Shown piece by piece: positions 10,961 to 24,028 of a stretch of DNA of 64,000 bases. A program made the translations under genes and the position numbers. The stretch is from Anthoceros angustus (taxonomy: Eukaryota; Plantae; Anthocerotophyta): the NCBI GenBank assembly GCA_010909165.1, contig MU008172.1, positions 248,001 to 312,000 of the forward strand. The letters run 5' to 3'. Each line of letters opens with the position of its first letter. Position 1 is the first letter of the stretch. The notes beneath the pieces are model-generated. The model had not been told where the DNA came from and ran no database searches. It saw only the letters and a program-made list of their open reading frames with translations.

Positions 10961-11520
10961 TTAGTGAGCTAAACTACTTACAGACGTATCTAGGGTAGGT
11001 AGACCCGGAGTAACAGTGTTAGTAATGTCTTTCCGCTGGAAGTGAGCATCCTCCCCAGGGGGAAGGTCTCGACACTCACCAATGTCCCTGGAGTCTTCAA
11101 GTGTCTTTCTTCATCCGCCAGGCGAATTGCTGCACAGTGTGAATGACTTGGCAGTACAATCCTGGAATGGTAATGTACATTTTGCATCAGTTGGCTGACA
11201 CAGGGAACAAACACAGACTGATCTTTCATCAGGCTATTCATTTCTCATGACACGTTGCAATTTGCTGTCATTGCAGCCTCCAAAGTGCTCTGTCAGATGA
11301 ATCTCCAAATGAAGCGGGTCATACATAGCTGTCGTAAGTAGCAGTAGCAGCGCAAAGTTTTGTTTCTTGAAACACATGCTTGCGGACAAGGCTCCCCGCT
11401 CGGAACTTTGCTCTTTGTACTGGGGGCACTCAACTCATCCAAACTGCATACCTAGATGCCTCACCCAAAGCAATTCCAGTGCTTTGCATGCATCTTTCAA
11501 ACACAAACCAAGAAATTGTC
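10961..11520 (-). CDS. Putative small multi-exon gene of unknown function (3' part; start not located)
   Basis: Phase-compatible exons 11520-11465 (GQFLGLCLKDACKALELLW), from 11419 (YKEQSSERGALSA), 11129-11080 (IRLADEERHLKTPGTL) and 11035-10961 (RKDITNTVTPGLPTLDTSVSSLAH*). The 44-45-nt introns have GTGAGG/GTGAGT donors and CAG acceptors. Confidence 0.45.
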
Positions 11521-11901
11521 CTGGAATCGACGACCCTTGACTGGGCTAGCCTCGACTCAAGAAACAGCGTGAAGACAAAGCACTCCACAGCTTTACCGGC
11601 GAGTTATCCTGTGACCTGCCTCGTGTCCCAGTGACTGTTACGTGCCCTAAAGATGTTAACGACCTGTGCCCTAATTTTAGTTACGTTGCGACAATTAGCG
11701 GTCACGACGTCGTAACGAACCAAACGAGAAACTCCGACCCGCCTCCGCAAGTTGATGAATCGTGCCAGGGTAACAAGAGCGTGAATCAGCACCACTGTAC
11801 ATCGTTGAGACGTTTGAAAACTTTAGGGCTGGTTGTTCCCCGCTCGAGCTGCGGGCAGACGTTGTGGACGGCACGCTGGTGATCGGACAGCAGCAGCAGC
11901 C

Positions 11902-12765
11902 ATGGCGACCACCAAAGTGCAGCGGATTATGACCCAGCCCATTGTAAGTGATGTACTGCCTTTCCGCAAAGCAGATGGTAGGGTTCGGTTTCTTTTCATT
12001 GGCATTGGGAGCCCGCTATGAGCTGAAAAGAGCTGTTCCCTGCTTCGCTTTCCTTTTCTAACCATTTCGTGGCGGTTGCATGGATTCTTCGTATGGCGTG
12101 GTGACTGACGGGACTCGCTTCGCAGAATCTCATTTTCCGATTCCTTCAAAGTGTAAGGCCTATCAACTCACGCTCGTGAACTTTAGCAAGACTTTCTAAG
12201 TTCTTGTTCGTTCAAGTGAGTGATGACCTCCTCTGGGTGTGCTGTTGGCAGAAATCACGAATTCAAATCTGGCTTTTCGAGCAGAGGGACCTGAGGATTG
12301 AGGGGAGAATCATTGTGAGTATATCCTGTATTTGCTTGTTCGTTACGCTATTTCTGTCCGCCATGTACTGACCGGGTGCTTGTCTTGCTTAGGGGTTCGA
12401 TGAGTACATGAACCTTGTTCTGGACGATGCGGAGGAGGTGTCTGTCAAGAAGAATACACGGAAACCCCTAGGTCTTTGCTTCTCCTATGCTTCTTCTTTT
12501 GATGGTTCTTGCATTCCGCAGTAGGGTATGGTTTGATTTCGCCTGAATTGTTTTCGAACCTGAAGAAGTAGGACGTACTTGGCCGTGCTCCGGTCTTGGT
12601 AACAAGGCTTACATGTTACAGGACGCATTCTTCTCAAGGGAGATAACATCACGCTCATGATGAACACGTAAGTACTCTTTCCTGAGCAGCAAAGCTTCCT
12701 ACTGTGTCTGCGATGAAAACGGACAGAATTGTCTGACTTGGTTGTCTCATGACAGGGGCAAGTAA
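11902..12765 (+). CDS. SNRPE: Small nuclear ribonucleoprotein SmE (6 exons)
   Basis: Exons 11902-11943 [14 protein letters not shown], 12126-12152 NLIFRFLQS, 12252-12314 [21 protein letters not shown], 12393-12471 [26 protein letters not shown], 12622-12667 [15 protein letters not shown], 12756-12765 TGK*. Confidence 0.97.
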
Positions 12766-13852
12766 CAAGGCCAGAAAGCGAGACTCTTTCCGACAGGAGC
12801 AAAGCTACGAGGCAGGATGAGTCCGAGCTGCTCGGTGTAGCTGAATTCCATGTAATACCACCTCAGTTGTACACATCACCTGGGATGGGAAGGCTCATTA
12901 GACCTCCAGTGCGGCCAGATGCTTTGTGACCTTTCCGAGGCGAACAAAAGCGTACGCCCTTAATGTGAAGGAGAGACTCAAACTACTCTATATTGCAGTT
13001 TTGAAATCTGGCTCGATTTCTTACGAGTAACAGACACAATACGACGCTGTTTGAGGGACACTGGTCACGCTACTTGAAGAACGGTCCCGAAACTCACCAC
13101 CCGGTGTGAAACGAGGATGAGCCTAGTACGGCAGAGAGACGTTGAGATGACCGGCAATGCACGGTGCCGAGTGACCGGGGTACCGGCTTCGTTCAAATTT
13201 CCTGCTCTGAGTTGGTCGAGACCAGGCGCACTCCAAGTGCGGAGAAACCTTGCACGGTCTCTCAGGAGGTGGAGGAGGTGCCTGCGTACATATGTATGTA
13301 TTGGTTGGAGCCGGTGTATGTGCACGGGAGCCGCAGAAATTCCTGGACGACCTATTTCCAGGGGCAACAGGAGCTAAATTTTTTGGAGAGGACTCGGAAT
13401 TTTTCCTCCAAGATGTCCTCGCCCCGGCCGCAGGTTGAATCCAGCCATTGTTCTCCGTCTCTTTTAAACAAGTCGAGAATGGAGAACAGCCTTGCTTTGA
13501 AGGTGCGGATACCTGGACATAATCTTTTCCTTCGCCTCGCTGTCTGTGAGCAAGGCATGAAAATCAGTTCGATGAAGCTCAAGCTATTAGGTCCTTGATC
13601 ATGTGCTTACGAATTGTCAATGCGGGCTTCTCTCTCTGAGTGACGGAATTGGACTTCCTCTCTGCAGGCGGAAATAATTCTCCCGCAGCTTAGCCTCGTT
13701 GTTGTCCCCTTGTTGCTCTCTTTGTTCCTGACGGCAACTCCTGTCATCTGCAGAAGGTGATAGTAAGTGCGTCCAACAACAACGCGAAGAACAGATGGAA
13801 GGAGCAGTTTTCACCTCAACGAACAAGCCTACACTATTGGGAACTTGAATGT

Positions 13853-16698
13853 ATGGCAGAGGTCCGAATTGTCCCTCCCAAGTTCCGCTCCAAGTCTTGT
13901 ATTCTTATCCTAGCAAAGAGTTTCTGACATTGCTTCTGCAGGCACTACGGGAGGCTGAGAACAAGGGAATTGCTCAGGCTTGGGAGATTTCCAAGCTACA
14001 ACTAGTGGTGAAAATGCTCCAGAATGAGAAACTAGGTTTTGAACGCCACCCTCTGACATTCCAAGTAATTTCTCTTGAGAGTTCGTGTTTGTGCAAAGAG
14101 ACAGAGGTAGTTCTCCTGGGTTTACATGCAAGTTCCATCCAGTCATACGCTTGAACCTTAACTTGCAGAATCTACCCTTCTTGATGAGGGTGCTCTTCAA
14201 CGAAAGTATAATGCATCCAAGTTGTTACTTATAAAAGAACGGGTGATGAGCACTTCCACCATGGTTTTGGTATTCAAATTTTCGTTTGGCAACCTAAATG
14301 GCTGCATCCTAACCTGTGTCAATGGCTTTTCCACGATTACAGAAGCTGAAGGTTGCTGCTGAACAGCAAGCAGCAGGACACTTCAGAATGCTGCAACAAG
14401 CAGAGGAGAGGGTTAAAGATATGCAGGCCTCATTACTGGAAGCAAATGCCAACCTTGAAATGGCTGAATCAAAGAGGGCAGAAATAGAGCGACGAGCAAC
14501 CTGTCTACAGCAGTCAGTTGATGCAGCTGAACATAGAGAGGTGGCAGATCGCAAGAGACTTAAGGAAACAGAAGAGGAAGTGCTACGTCTTCAGAGTTTG
14601 GTAGATGAGGAACAGAGGAATCGCTGCTCAGAGACAGAGAAGCTGAAGTGCGCTAATGATCTCGTTTTCTCCCAACAGACAAAAGAGGTGGATTTGCTCA
14701 AGAGAGAGAGAAATTTTGTCTGGGATCAGATGAAGAGGATGGAGGAAACGTATGCCGGTCGTTTGAAGGTGAAAGGACAGCAGTTACACACAGCCAGACA
14801 GGAAATCGAAAGGCTCCGACAAGTAATACTGGATGTACAATCACTAAAAGATAGGACAGATCTTGAGGCCACGGTGCTCAGAGTTGAGCTGAGGCAGTCA
14901 GAGGACGAAGTCCATCAATTAAAGCAGAAGCTTACAGGACTGGATGTGACAGTGGTTCCATCTCAAGTTGAAGCAGAGAACATTCCACAAGAGCCGAACC
15001 TGGTCTTACAAACTCGCCTGCAAGGAAATCCTGCAAGTCTTCCCGATCAGGTCAGCCTCAAGTTTTGCACCCAGAAGAAATACAAGGCATTAGTTTTAGG
15101 ATCCCAGCGTTGTTCCAGCACCTGCATTCTCTAGAGTTTTGTCTGTTCAGGAAATTATCAAATTTGTTTTGCTTTCCACAGCCAAATGCACCTCACTTGC
15201 GCAAGCCGAACGATGAATCTGTTAGCGAGCCAGAGGAGCTGAGGAAAAGGATGGACGAATTGCGCCAGGAGAACGCGAATCTCAGACTCCTGTATGGCGA
15301 ACTAGAGGCCGCCTTTCAAGACAAGCAGGTACCAACCCTGAGGTAAATGTGCATAGCGCTAGCTAGAGTTGCAATGAAGTATAACCAGCCCTTTCCTCTC
15401 AGAGACAAGAGCGGGCTCCCAATGTGGGTCAGAAGGATACAACGAATCGCAACCTTAAGGCTGAACTGGAAGCAGCTGCTGCTGAGCAAATGAGGAGCAC
15501 GTCAGTGGCCAACAAGGAGGTAGTCAGTGAACGCGTAAGATCCATTCCATAGAAAATTTGGCTCAAGCTAGACCAGTCAAGCACAAGGTTCAGTGCTGTG
15601 TTTATGCTTGTTGAACTACTTTGAGGCTAAGTTCGGTCGTTGAACCTGCAGGAAAAAGGGAGAAAGACGAGGTCCCACACGAAAGGTAGCCACACTATAT
15701 TCAGGCAACCATTGCAGGATGCGGGACCTTCACTGAACATTCCAGTTGCCTTTCAATCGAGACCAAGGAAGAGATCGCCAATCGCTGACGGAGACAGTGA
15801 TCGAGTGAAAAAGTCAAAAACTTCAACGCCAATTACAAGTGAAAATGTGTGCGCCCACAGCTACGGTTACTGTCAACCACAGAGCAAGCTCGAAGTTCTG
15901 GGAAGAGTACTGAGATAGTTGGAATGTGGTACGATTTGCAGGTTTCACCTCCCACGACCACTGCCCACTGCAGCGAGGAACTAGAGAATGGACTCGGTGC
16001 TGATAAGAGCAGCAAATTCGCTGTGGATGAAAACGGCTGCAGTACCCTGTCAAGTTCATCCTTGATTACAGGGAAAAAGAAGGGTCGCAAGAAGAAAGAA
16101 GACAAAAGGAGCTCCTCCAGCAGAAAGGTACTTCTGGCAAATGACATCCACTAAAATGTCTTTGACATAAGGTGGCCGTGTTCTGTCTGACCACCTGCAA
16201 CGTTGTTTGCAGACGAGGAAAAAATCCCTAGCGTCTGACCATTCAGACATGCGCAGCCCGGTGAAAGAACTTAAGGGGCTATCAGCAGGTGCGCAAGCGA
16301 CACCAGTTTTTCAGGATGGAGAGGTTCCACTGCCTACACTGCTGTCGAGGTCTGTGGAACCTGTAAGATCAGGAGAACCCAATCGGCCACTAAAGACAAG
16401 GTTTTTCTCCTCAGCTTTCAGCATCCCCAAGGTGGCACCCAAAGATAGTGGCTCAGTATCTTCTATTCATTGACCGGTGTAAGGTCCCCCTGGTATGTAC
16501 ATATATACAGTTAAAATTCACGTTCAGACCAGACGGAATCTTAGCTCGGCACACGCTGGCCGCGTCCAGCCACGCGCTCCTCCACCGCAGACACGCGCCA
16601 GCGCATGTCCCACTTCTCAGATTCTTACACACCGGATCCGATCATGCTTTAAAAGATCAGATGGATTCTGGGACTCCAGGACACGCCAAGTGGACTGA
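13853..16698 (+). CDS. Multi-exon coiled-coil protein of unknown function with a low-complexity basic C-terminus
   Basis: Heptad-rich exons (13942-~14030, ~14342-15050 containing LLKRERNFVWDQMKRME, ~15181-15330), S/K-rich exons to 16433 (FFSSAFSIPK), and a likely last exon 16528-16698. Start and exact exon chain are uncertain. Confidence 0.65.
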
Positions 16699-16953
16699 TG
16701 AAATTTTTATGTTTTCCACCACCATGCAACTGGTGATGAGAGGTTTTACATTGTGTGACAAGTCGCAACACAAACTTAGGCTTGCCAGACAGCAGGAAGC
16801 CTCTTCTTGTTTAGAAGGCATTGCAAACCTCTAGCGCCAACACGAGACTCTGTGGAGTTCAATTACACTGCATATTTAAAAGTAAAACATCTATACACAG
16901 TTGAGAATGAATAGCCTCGGGCAAGGGCAAGGGCAACGGTAGGCAATGGCCGC

Positions 16954-18420
16954 TCAATGTTGGGACCACTTTATGCTCTTCAAATCAATCCCCTCTTGCA
17001 CCATTTCCCACAGGGGACTCATCTCTCTCAGCTTCTTGACTTGTTCCACTGTAAGAGCAATGGCCCTATCAACCTCCTCCTTGGTTGTGAACCTCCCCAC
17101 GCCAAATCGAATGGATGTATGAGCCATGTCTTCCTCAACCCCCAGTGCTCGCAGAACGTAGGAAGGTTCGAGACTGGCGCTGGTACAAGCACTGCCGCTA
17201 GAAACTGCGACCTCCTTCAGTCCCATCAAGAGAGACTCGCCCTCTACGAACGCAAATGATATGTTCAGGTTACCCACATACCGCTGATCTATGCTGCCGT
17301 TCACCACCACGCCCTCCAACTGAGCTGAAATACCCTTGAACAGCCGCTCCTGCAACTCCCTGATGTGCTTTTCGTCGTAAGCCATCTCCTGCCTTGCAAC
17401 TTCACACGCACTTCCCATTCCCACGGCCAAAGGAGTGGGCACTGTACCACTTCGAATACCCCTTTCCTGACCCCCACCACTCATCTGTGCTTCAACACGT
17501 ACACGAGGTCGGCGCCTCATGTACAAGGCGCCCACTCCCTTGGGACCGTAGATTTTGTGCGCACTTAAGGACATCAAATCGATCTTCATCTCGTCCACGT
17601 TGATGGGAATTTTTCCAGCTGCCTGGGCAGCGTCAGTGTGAAAAAACACCTTGTGCTTCCTGCATATGGCTCCAATCTCTGCGACAGGCTGAATCACTCC
17701 AATTTCGTTGTTGACAGTCATGACAGACACAATTCCAGTATCCGGACGGATAGCTGCTTCAAGCTCCGCCAGATCAATCAACCCGTCCTTCTTGACAGGC
17801 AGATAGGTGACCTCAAAGCCCTCCTGTTGCAGATGCCGGCAAGAGTCCAACACACACTTGTGCTCTGTCTGCACAGTGATGGCGTGCTTCTTCTTGTCCT
17901 TATAGAAATGCATAACCCCCTTGATGGCAATGTTGTTGGCTTCAGTTGCCCCCGAAGTAAAAATGATCTCCTTTGGGTCCGCCCCGATCAATTTGGCCAC
18001 TTGCTCCCTCGCCTTCTCCACCGCCTCATCACTCTCCCACCCGAACATGTGAGTCCTGGAGTGGGGATTGCCATACTGATCGAGGAAGTACGGCAACATG
18101 GCGTCCAACACCCGAGGATCCACCGGCGAGGTTGCCTGCATATCCAAATAAAGCGGCCGCCCTGCCATCTTCACACCCTTCATCACAATTCCAACCTCAG
18201 GCTCACTCGAGGCCACAGCAGCCCCAGCTGCACCAGACTGCAGCCGGGAGCTGCCGTGCTGAGAGAAAGCAGACCCAGACCCAGAGCGCGCCCCATCCAC
18301 CAAGTGCGATGAAGCGAGGATCGCCGCGGAGCTGATTCTTGCCTTGCAGATCCGAGCCAACGCCCCGGCCAAGTGCCGCTGAGGACCCATGCCGCACGCG
18401 GCCTGCGCACACCAATCCAC
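16954..18420 (-). CDS. NFS1: Mitochondrial cysteine desulfurase (IscS/NFS1)
   Basis: [41 protein letters not shown] (PLP Lys), [17 protein letters not shown] (catalytic Cys), IKWSQH C-terminus; N-terminal targeting peptide; intronless. Confidence 0.97.
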   Translation of the reverse strand: MDWCAQAACGMGPQRHLAGALARICKARISSAAILASSHLVDGARSGSGSAFSQHGSSRLQSGAAGAAVASSEPEVGIVMKGVKMAGRPLYLDMQATSPVDPRVLDAMLPYFLDQYGNPHSRTHMFGWESDEAVEKAREQVAKLIGADPKEIIFTSGATEANNIAIKGVMHFYKDKKKHAITVQTEHKCVLDSCRHLQQEGFEVTYLPVKKDGLIDLAELEAAIRPDTGIVSVMTVNNEIGVIQPVAEIGAICRKHKVFFHTDAAQAAGKIPINVDEMKIDLMSLSAHKIYGPKGVGALYMRRRPRVRVEAQMSGGGQERGIRSGTVPTPLAVGMGSACEVARQEMAYDEKHIRELQERLFKGISAQLEGVVVNGSIDQRYVGNLNISFAFVEGESLLMGLKEVAVSSGSACTSASLEPSYVLRALGVEEDMAHTSIRFGVGRFTTKEEVDRAIALTVEQVKKLREMSPLWEMVQEGIDLKSIKWSQH

Positions 18421-18878
18421 AGCGATGCAATCCCTTCAACCACAAGCAAACCGCAAAACCCTACTCCAAGACCACACCTCCTCCAAACCCACCACGCAAA
18501 CGGCCAATCCCAGTAAACTCTAAGCAACCCATGATGGAAACATTCCAACAACAGACAACACCCAGAAAATCAGGGGGGCCAGAGAAGCATCCAATTCACC
18601 CGCCTATGCGCTCGATTTGGCGATGGAAGAGGCTACCGATTGCGCTCCACTTCACGCTCGGAAGACAAGGATCTGTGGATGCCGGGACGCATGGTGCGCC
18701 AGCAGCGCAGCAGGAACGCAGAAGCAACGCGCGGAGTCGAGAGGCGAACGGGCCTGAGCGAAGAACAAAAATGGTCGGGGACCCTGGTATGGCCAGCAAC
18801 CGGGTAGCGCCCTGGCGGGTCCAGTTGGAGCCGACTTTGCTGCCTTTGTGGCTGGCCAATGACACGCCAGAAAAATGG

Positions 18879-20013
18879 TCATTTGCCCAGAGCGGACATT
18901 CCATTGAATTCTACCGACTGTTGAGGCTGGGGGTTGGACGGTAACTGTGACAGGGACCGGGACACGCCTTTCTCTTTTTTCTTCCTCTTCCTCTTCTTTT
19001 TCCCTGGCATGGCAAGGCCCAGATCCTTGGCTACTGAAGGCAGCCACTCTTCTCCTCGCTCTCGTTTCAGGGAGGCTACCCTGTCCTGCTCCCTCTTGGC
19101 TGCCTCCTGCAAGGCAGCTTCTGCAGCTTCACCCGCTGCTCTTGCCCTAGCATTTTCCTTCTCGGCCTGCTGGATGATGCTGGTGCCGTCCACCGCCACC
19201 GACTGCAGCCGCTGCTGGTGCTGGGCACAGACATGGAAGTACGTCCATTGGAATCCTCCACTACATGTGCATGATGGGTATTTGTATGGAAAGTGGAAGC
19301 TCAGCAGAAACGTACCTCTGGATTGTCGTCATCGACGCTGAGGCACCTTCTGCTGCCTCTCCTGCGCTCCACTCTTTTGCCAGTTGCAGGGGCCGCTGCA
19401 CCTGCATACATGGACATGTCATGTAAGGTCAGTGACGACATGACACTGACTGCAGGGACACTGCTGCTGAAGACCCAGTCGGGGGAGCACCCACCAGCAG
19501 CTTCCTTGAGGACGCAGCCGGGTGGTGCAGTCCTGAACAATCGTATGTCATCATCATCATCATCGCCTTCATTGTTCACTGGGTCCTCATGTGCTGCAGC
19601 AGCAACTGGGGTTTTGTCACTGAAATTTGCTCCGAAGGTCTTGTCCAAAAAAGCGTGAAGGAGATCTTGGGCCTGTAGATCACACCCTCACCCCGGCACT
19701 GTCAGCCCTAAGCAGATGCAACGAACAGCACCGCACCTCCCTGACACGGAAGCTGCGAGCCAGTTACCCGAATCTGGTAGTGCTTTAGCCCGTTAGAAGC
19801 ACCCAGCTGCTCCTTCCCACTGTCCGCAACCGGGCCCCGCCCTCGCTTCTTAGCAGACGGCTCTGCTGCGTTCCTGACGACCTGTTCAGAATCGATCACC
19901 ACGCTGGCTATGGCAGCCAACCTGGCCTTCTCTTCCTCGTCGTCCTCTTCATCGTCATCGTCGTCATCCGAGCTTGCTGCTGCTGCTGCTGCCTTCACCA
20001 TCATGGCTGGCAT
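18879..20013 (-). CDS. Acidic/basic low-complexity nuclear protein, CUSTOS (C12orf43)-like
   Basis: Exons contain ARLAAIASVVIDSEQVV, HYQIR|AQDLLHAFLDKTF, DDDIRLFRTAPPG, RLQSVAVDGTSIIQQA and a KKKRKRKKK NLS. These resemble CUSTOS-family motifs as recalled. Confidence 0.55.
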
Positions 20014-20229
20014 GCCATCCGATCCACAAGGGGGTACAGGGTTTAGGAACAGCTGGGACACGGCAGCTGGTGGTTGGGTTGGAACTTGTACAGAATAGAA
20101 ACGCCGCAACCGTTTTCGGGCGGCCTTGACTCCGCTTGACCTCAGGCGTAACGAAAATCATGCCTCGAGACAAACACACCGAACGGAGACAGCAGAAGAT
20201 TCCAGAATCGATATTAGGAAGTCGGGAGG

Positions 20230-22216
20230 ATGCGGGTCTGCTTTCCGCCGGCAATCGCCTTGGCTTCCAAGCTCAGCTTCAACCTCCCTTACCTGTTCCG
20301 CACATCGCTGTCAGCAATTCGCAAGGGAGCCATCCACGGCACAGGCATCTCCCGGCTTCAGGGCCGCAGGACAGCCCACCGAACTGGAGCAATGGCCAGC
20401 AGGTTTTTGGTGGGAGCGATCGACCAGGGTACCACCAGCTCCAGGTTCATCCTGTACGACCAGGCTGCCAAGCCCGTGGCGTCGCACCAGCTCGAGTTCC
20501 AGCAGATATGTCCTCAAGCTGGGTAGGCCAACTTGTCATTCACTGGACCTGTTCAATTGTTGGGTTTTGTATTCTGGCTGTGGAATGGGGCCTTGTTCCG
20601 ATTGATGATCGTCGGTCCTGTACTGCTGGGAGGTGCAGCTGGGTGGAGCATGACCCCCTGGAGATTTTGGAATCCGTGAGGGTGTGCATGGAGAAGGCAT
20701 CTGAGAAGGCGGGAGATGCAGGATTTTCGGTTGAGGGGCATCTGAAAGCGATTGGTATCACCAACCAACGAGAGACCACTGTCATTTGGAGCAAGAGCAC
20801 TGGCAAACCTTTGTACAATGCAATCGTCTGGATGGATGCAAGAACTAGCTCCGTTTGCAGGTAGTTTGCACAACAGGTGTTTATGTATCGTGTTTAATTA
20901 TCCTGAGATTGCTTCATGTAAGTACGGTGTATATGCAGGCGTTTGGAGGCGGAGTTGTCTGAAGGTCGCACCCATTTTGTCAAGACGACAGGGTTGCCAA
21001 TCAGCACGTATTTCAGTGCAACCAAAATCATATGGCTCCTGGAGTCCGTCCCAGCTGTGAAAGAAGCAGTGGCCAGTAGTGATGCTCTGTTTGGTACCAT
21101 TGACACCTGGCTTATCTGGAATCTTACCGGTGGTCCCAATGCTGGGCTGCATGTCACTGACTGCTCGAATGCAGCCAGAACGATGCTCATGGATCTCAGG
21201 ACTTTGCAGTGGCATGAACCCACTCTCAAGACCCTGGGCATTCCTCGTACCATTCTTCCTCGCATTATCAGCAATGCTGAGGTGATTGGTAAGATTGGAG
21301 AGGGATGGCCTCTTGCAGGAGTCACCTTGGCAGGATGTCTTGGAGATCAGCATGCTGCAACACTTGGCCAGCAGTGCAAGCCGGGGGAGGCTAAGAGTAC
21401 TTACGGCACTGGCTGCTTCATTGTGTTGAACACAGGGAACGAGATTGTGCCTTCCAACCATGGACTATTGACTACCATAGCATTCAAACTTGGCTCAGAG
21501 GCACCTACCAATTATGCACTCGAAGGATCAATCGCTATTGCTGGTGCTGCAGTGCAGTGGTTACGGGATGCCCTTGGTCTGATCAAAACTGCTGCTGAAG
21601 TGGAGGAGCTGGCAAACACAGTGGACAGCACTGGTGGCGTGTACTTTGTCCCTGCTTTCAATGGGATTTTTGCCCCATGGTGGAAAGACGATGCTCGAGG
21701 TGTGCTGATAGGAATCAGCAGGTATACAAACAAGGGTCACATTGCTCGAGCAGTCCTTGAAAGCATATGTTTCCAGGCGAAAGCCGTGTTGGATGCCATG
21801 AACTCTGATTCCAAGAGAGACAATAAAGCAGAATTTCTCCTCAGGGTGGATGGCGGGGCAACTGTTAACGATCTTCTCATGCAACTTCAGGTATATATCT
21901 ATAGCCAGCTCTGTTGCTTGCCTTGCCCTTGCAACTCATCACTGAAGGGGTTTGTTGTTGTGACCAGGCGGACCTTTTGGGCAGTCCTGTGGTGAGGCCA
22001 GCTGACATTGAAACCACGGCACTAGGAGCAGCATATGCTGCAGGACTGGCTGTTGGGTTGTGGTCTGAAGAGCAGATATTCAAGCATGGCACGTCGGAAC
22101 TGAAGCCCAAGTTCTTTTATCCCGGAGGATCTGAGGAGCTACGCGGAAAGCGATACAAGTCCTGGTGCGTGGCTGTGGACAGATCCTTTGGACTGGCAGA
22201 TCTAGCAATATCTTAA
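20230..22216 (+). CDS. GLPK: Glycerol kinase (4 exons)
   Basis: [93 protein letters not shown] second in-frame ATG lies at 20392. Confidence 0.96.
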
Positions 22217-22473
22217 ACAGTGAACGACAGCAAAGCATGGAAGAACCCTCATTCGAAGGTGCGATGTAACATATTATGCAGCAATGTTCTCCGTTAGATG
22301 CGGGTTTCAGATTCTTTTTGACCCCACACATTGTTTAGAGAATTCTTATGTTACAACAGTTAGTCCAGTCCCTTGTGAAAGGACACGCAACAGTGTTTGG
22401 CTACTACTGCTCGAGAATGCAGAATGGCTTCACGTCTCCACACAGCAAATTCAAGGAAATCTAGATATGTGAG

Positions 22474-22992
22474 CTACAGTCCGTTGTCTTTCAGCACACC
22501 TTCAAACGCCTCCCAGCTTATTCCCTGCTCAATGTACTTCACCTTAGCTGGATTGTAAGGGCCTCGAATTCTGTCTATACTCTGTATAGCAGCACTTGGT
22601 GGCAACACGGGTTCGGAGGGATCCGCTGCTGTGGGACGAACCAGAGAGGACGAAAAACCCTGCCACAGTAAAATGTAGCATAATGTTGAGCTGCACATCA
22701 TTCAAAGCATTCGTTCCCCCGAATCCTAATGCCTTGACTCAAAGGGCGCACACACCTTGAAGATGATCACCTCGTCCTCCTCCTCATCCACCACGGCCCG
22801 CACAAACAGAACCTCAGACCGGGCTCGCTCTGTGTATCTCTCAAGCCTCCCGATGTCAAACTCTCCGGCCACGCACTGAACCCGAAGCCTAGCTTGCAGC
22901 TTCCTCGTCCTAGTACTCGCCAGTCCCAAGCTTGCTGGCCGACAGCCAAGGCCACGATCGAACAGCAGCCGAGCGGGAACGAGCGTAGCCAT
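22474..22992 (-). CDS. Conserved plastid-targeted protein of cyanobacterial type (2 exons)
   Basis: Transit-peptide-like N-terminus, then RLERYT...EVLFVRAVVDEEEDEVIIFK|GFSSSLVRPTAADPSEPVLP...IDRIRGPYNP...YIEQGISWEAF. This resembles a small unknown-function family shared by cyanobacteria and plants (recalled). Confidence 0.75.
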
Positions 22993-23235
22993 TGCTCTCA
23001 CTCCGCACTCGTTTTCCCGGTTATCGATTCGGACAACCTGTTAGCCGCGGTTAGGGCATTGACAAAGTTAAGGTGCAACGACTCGAATTCGCCCGCCCTG
23101 CCTTGGCGCGCCTTCGGTTCTCCATTCCTGCGGGCGCTGGCCACTGTTTAGCCCGTCAGGCCGTGGCGACAGGCTGCGTCACTGTATTGCGCTGCCAAAA
23201 ACGCGAAAGAGGGGAGACGACCCGAGGCAGGCACC

Positions 23236-24028
23236 ATGAAGCTCGTCAGGTGCGTTTGGCTGCTTGGGCACCAATCTTTTTCTTCCAGTCTCTGCTGCTT
23301 GTATTTTGCAAGGACACTCGTACTACAGCGTCAGCCTCCATCCAGGATAAGCAAGCGTGGTGCCCATGCTTGGCACCTGGGTGGAATGTGGTGGTGTGTG
23401 GGTGGAATGTGGCACCTGCAGCACAGGACTCGGGCCTGCATGGCCTTTGCCAGATTAGGTCGAATTGCTAGGGTTGTGGAATGAGCGGGAAGGTATAATG
23501 TGCGCAATGCCACTGCAGGTTTCTGATGAAATTGAACAACGAAACGGTATCCATAGAGCTGAAAAATGGCACCATCGTCCACGGCACCATCACGGGTATT
23601 TTGAGTTTCCTCTGTGAGCTTAGATTGAAGAGTCGTGTCGCAACATTCGTGCTTGCCCTAACATTCAAACGGACGTTGCAGGAGTGGACATCAGTATGAA
23701 TACTCACTTGAAAACAGTGAAGCTGACTCTCAAGGGCAAAAATCCAGTGTCCCTCGACCACCTGAGCATCAGGGGAAACAACATCCGGTACTACATCCTT
23801 CCGGACAGCCTCAACCTGGACACCCTACTTGTCGATGACACTCCTCGAGTGAAGGTCAAGAAGCCTAGTGCAGGTACTGGAGTTGCTGCCTTGTCCTTTG
23901 TTTTTTCAAGCCCTCTAATCTCCCTCGGAAGGAAGCTAACGAAAGCCATCTTTTGTCGGCCCGCAGGAAAACCAGTGGGCAGGGGCAGGGGACGAGGGCG
24001 TGGACGGGGCCGCGGGAGGGGGAGATAG
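23236..24028 (+). CDS. SNRPD1: Small nuclear ribonucleoprotein SmD1 (4 exons)
   Basis: MKLVR|[25 protein letters not shown]|[53 protein letters not shown] and a C-terminal GR repeat. Confidence 0.97.
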
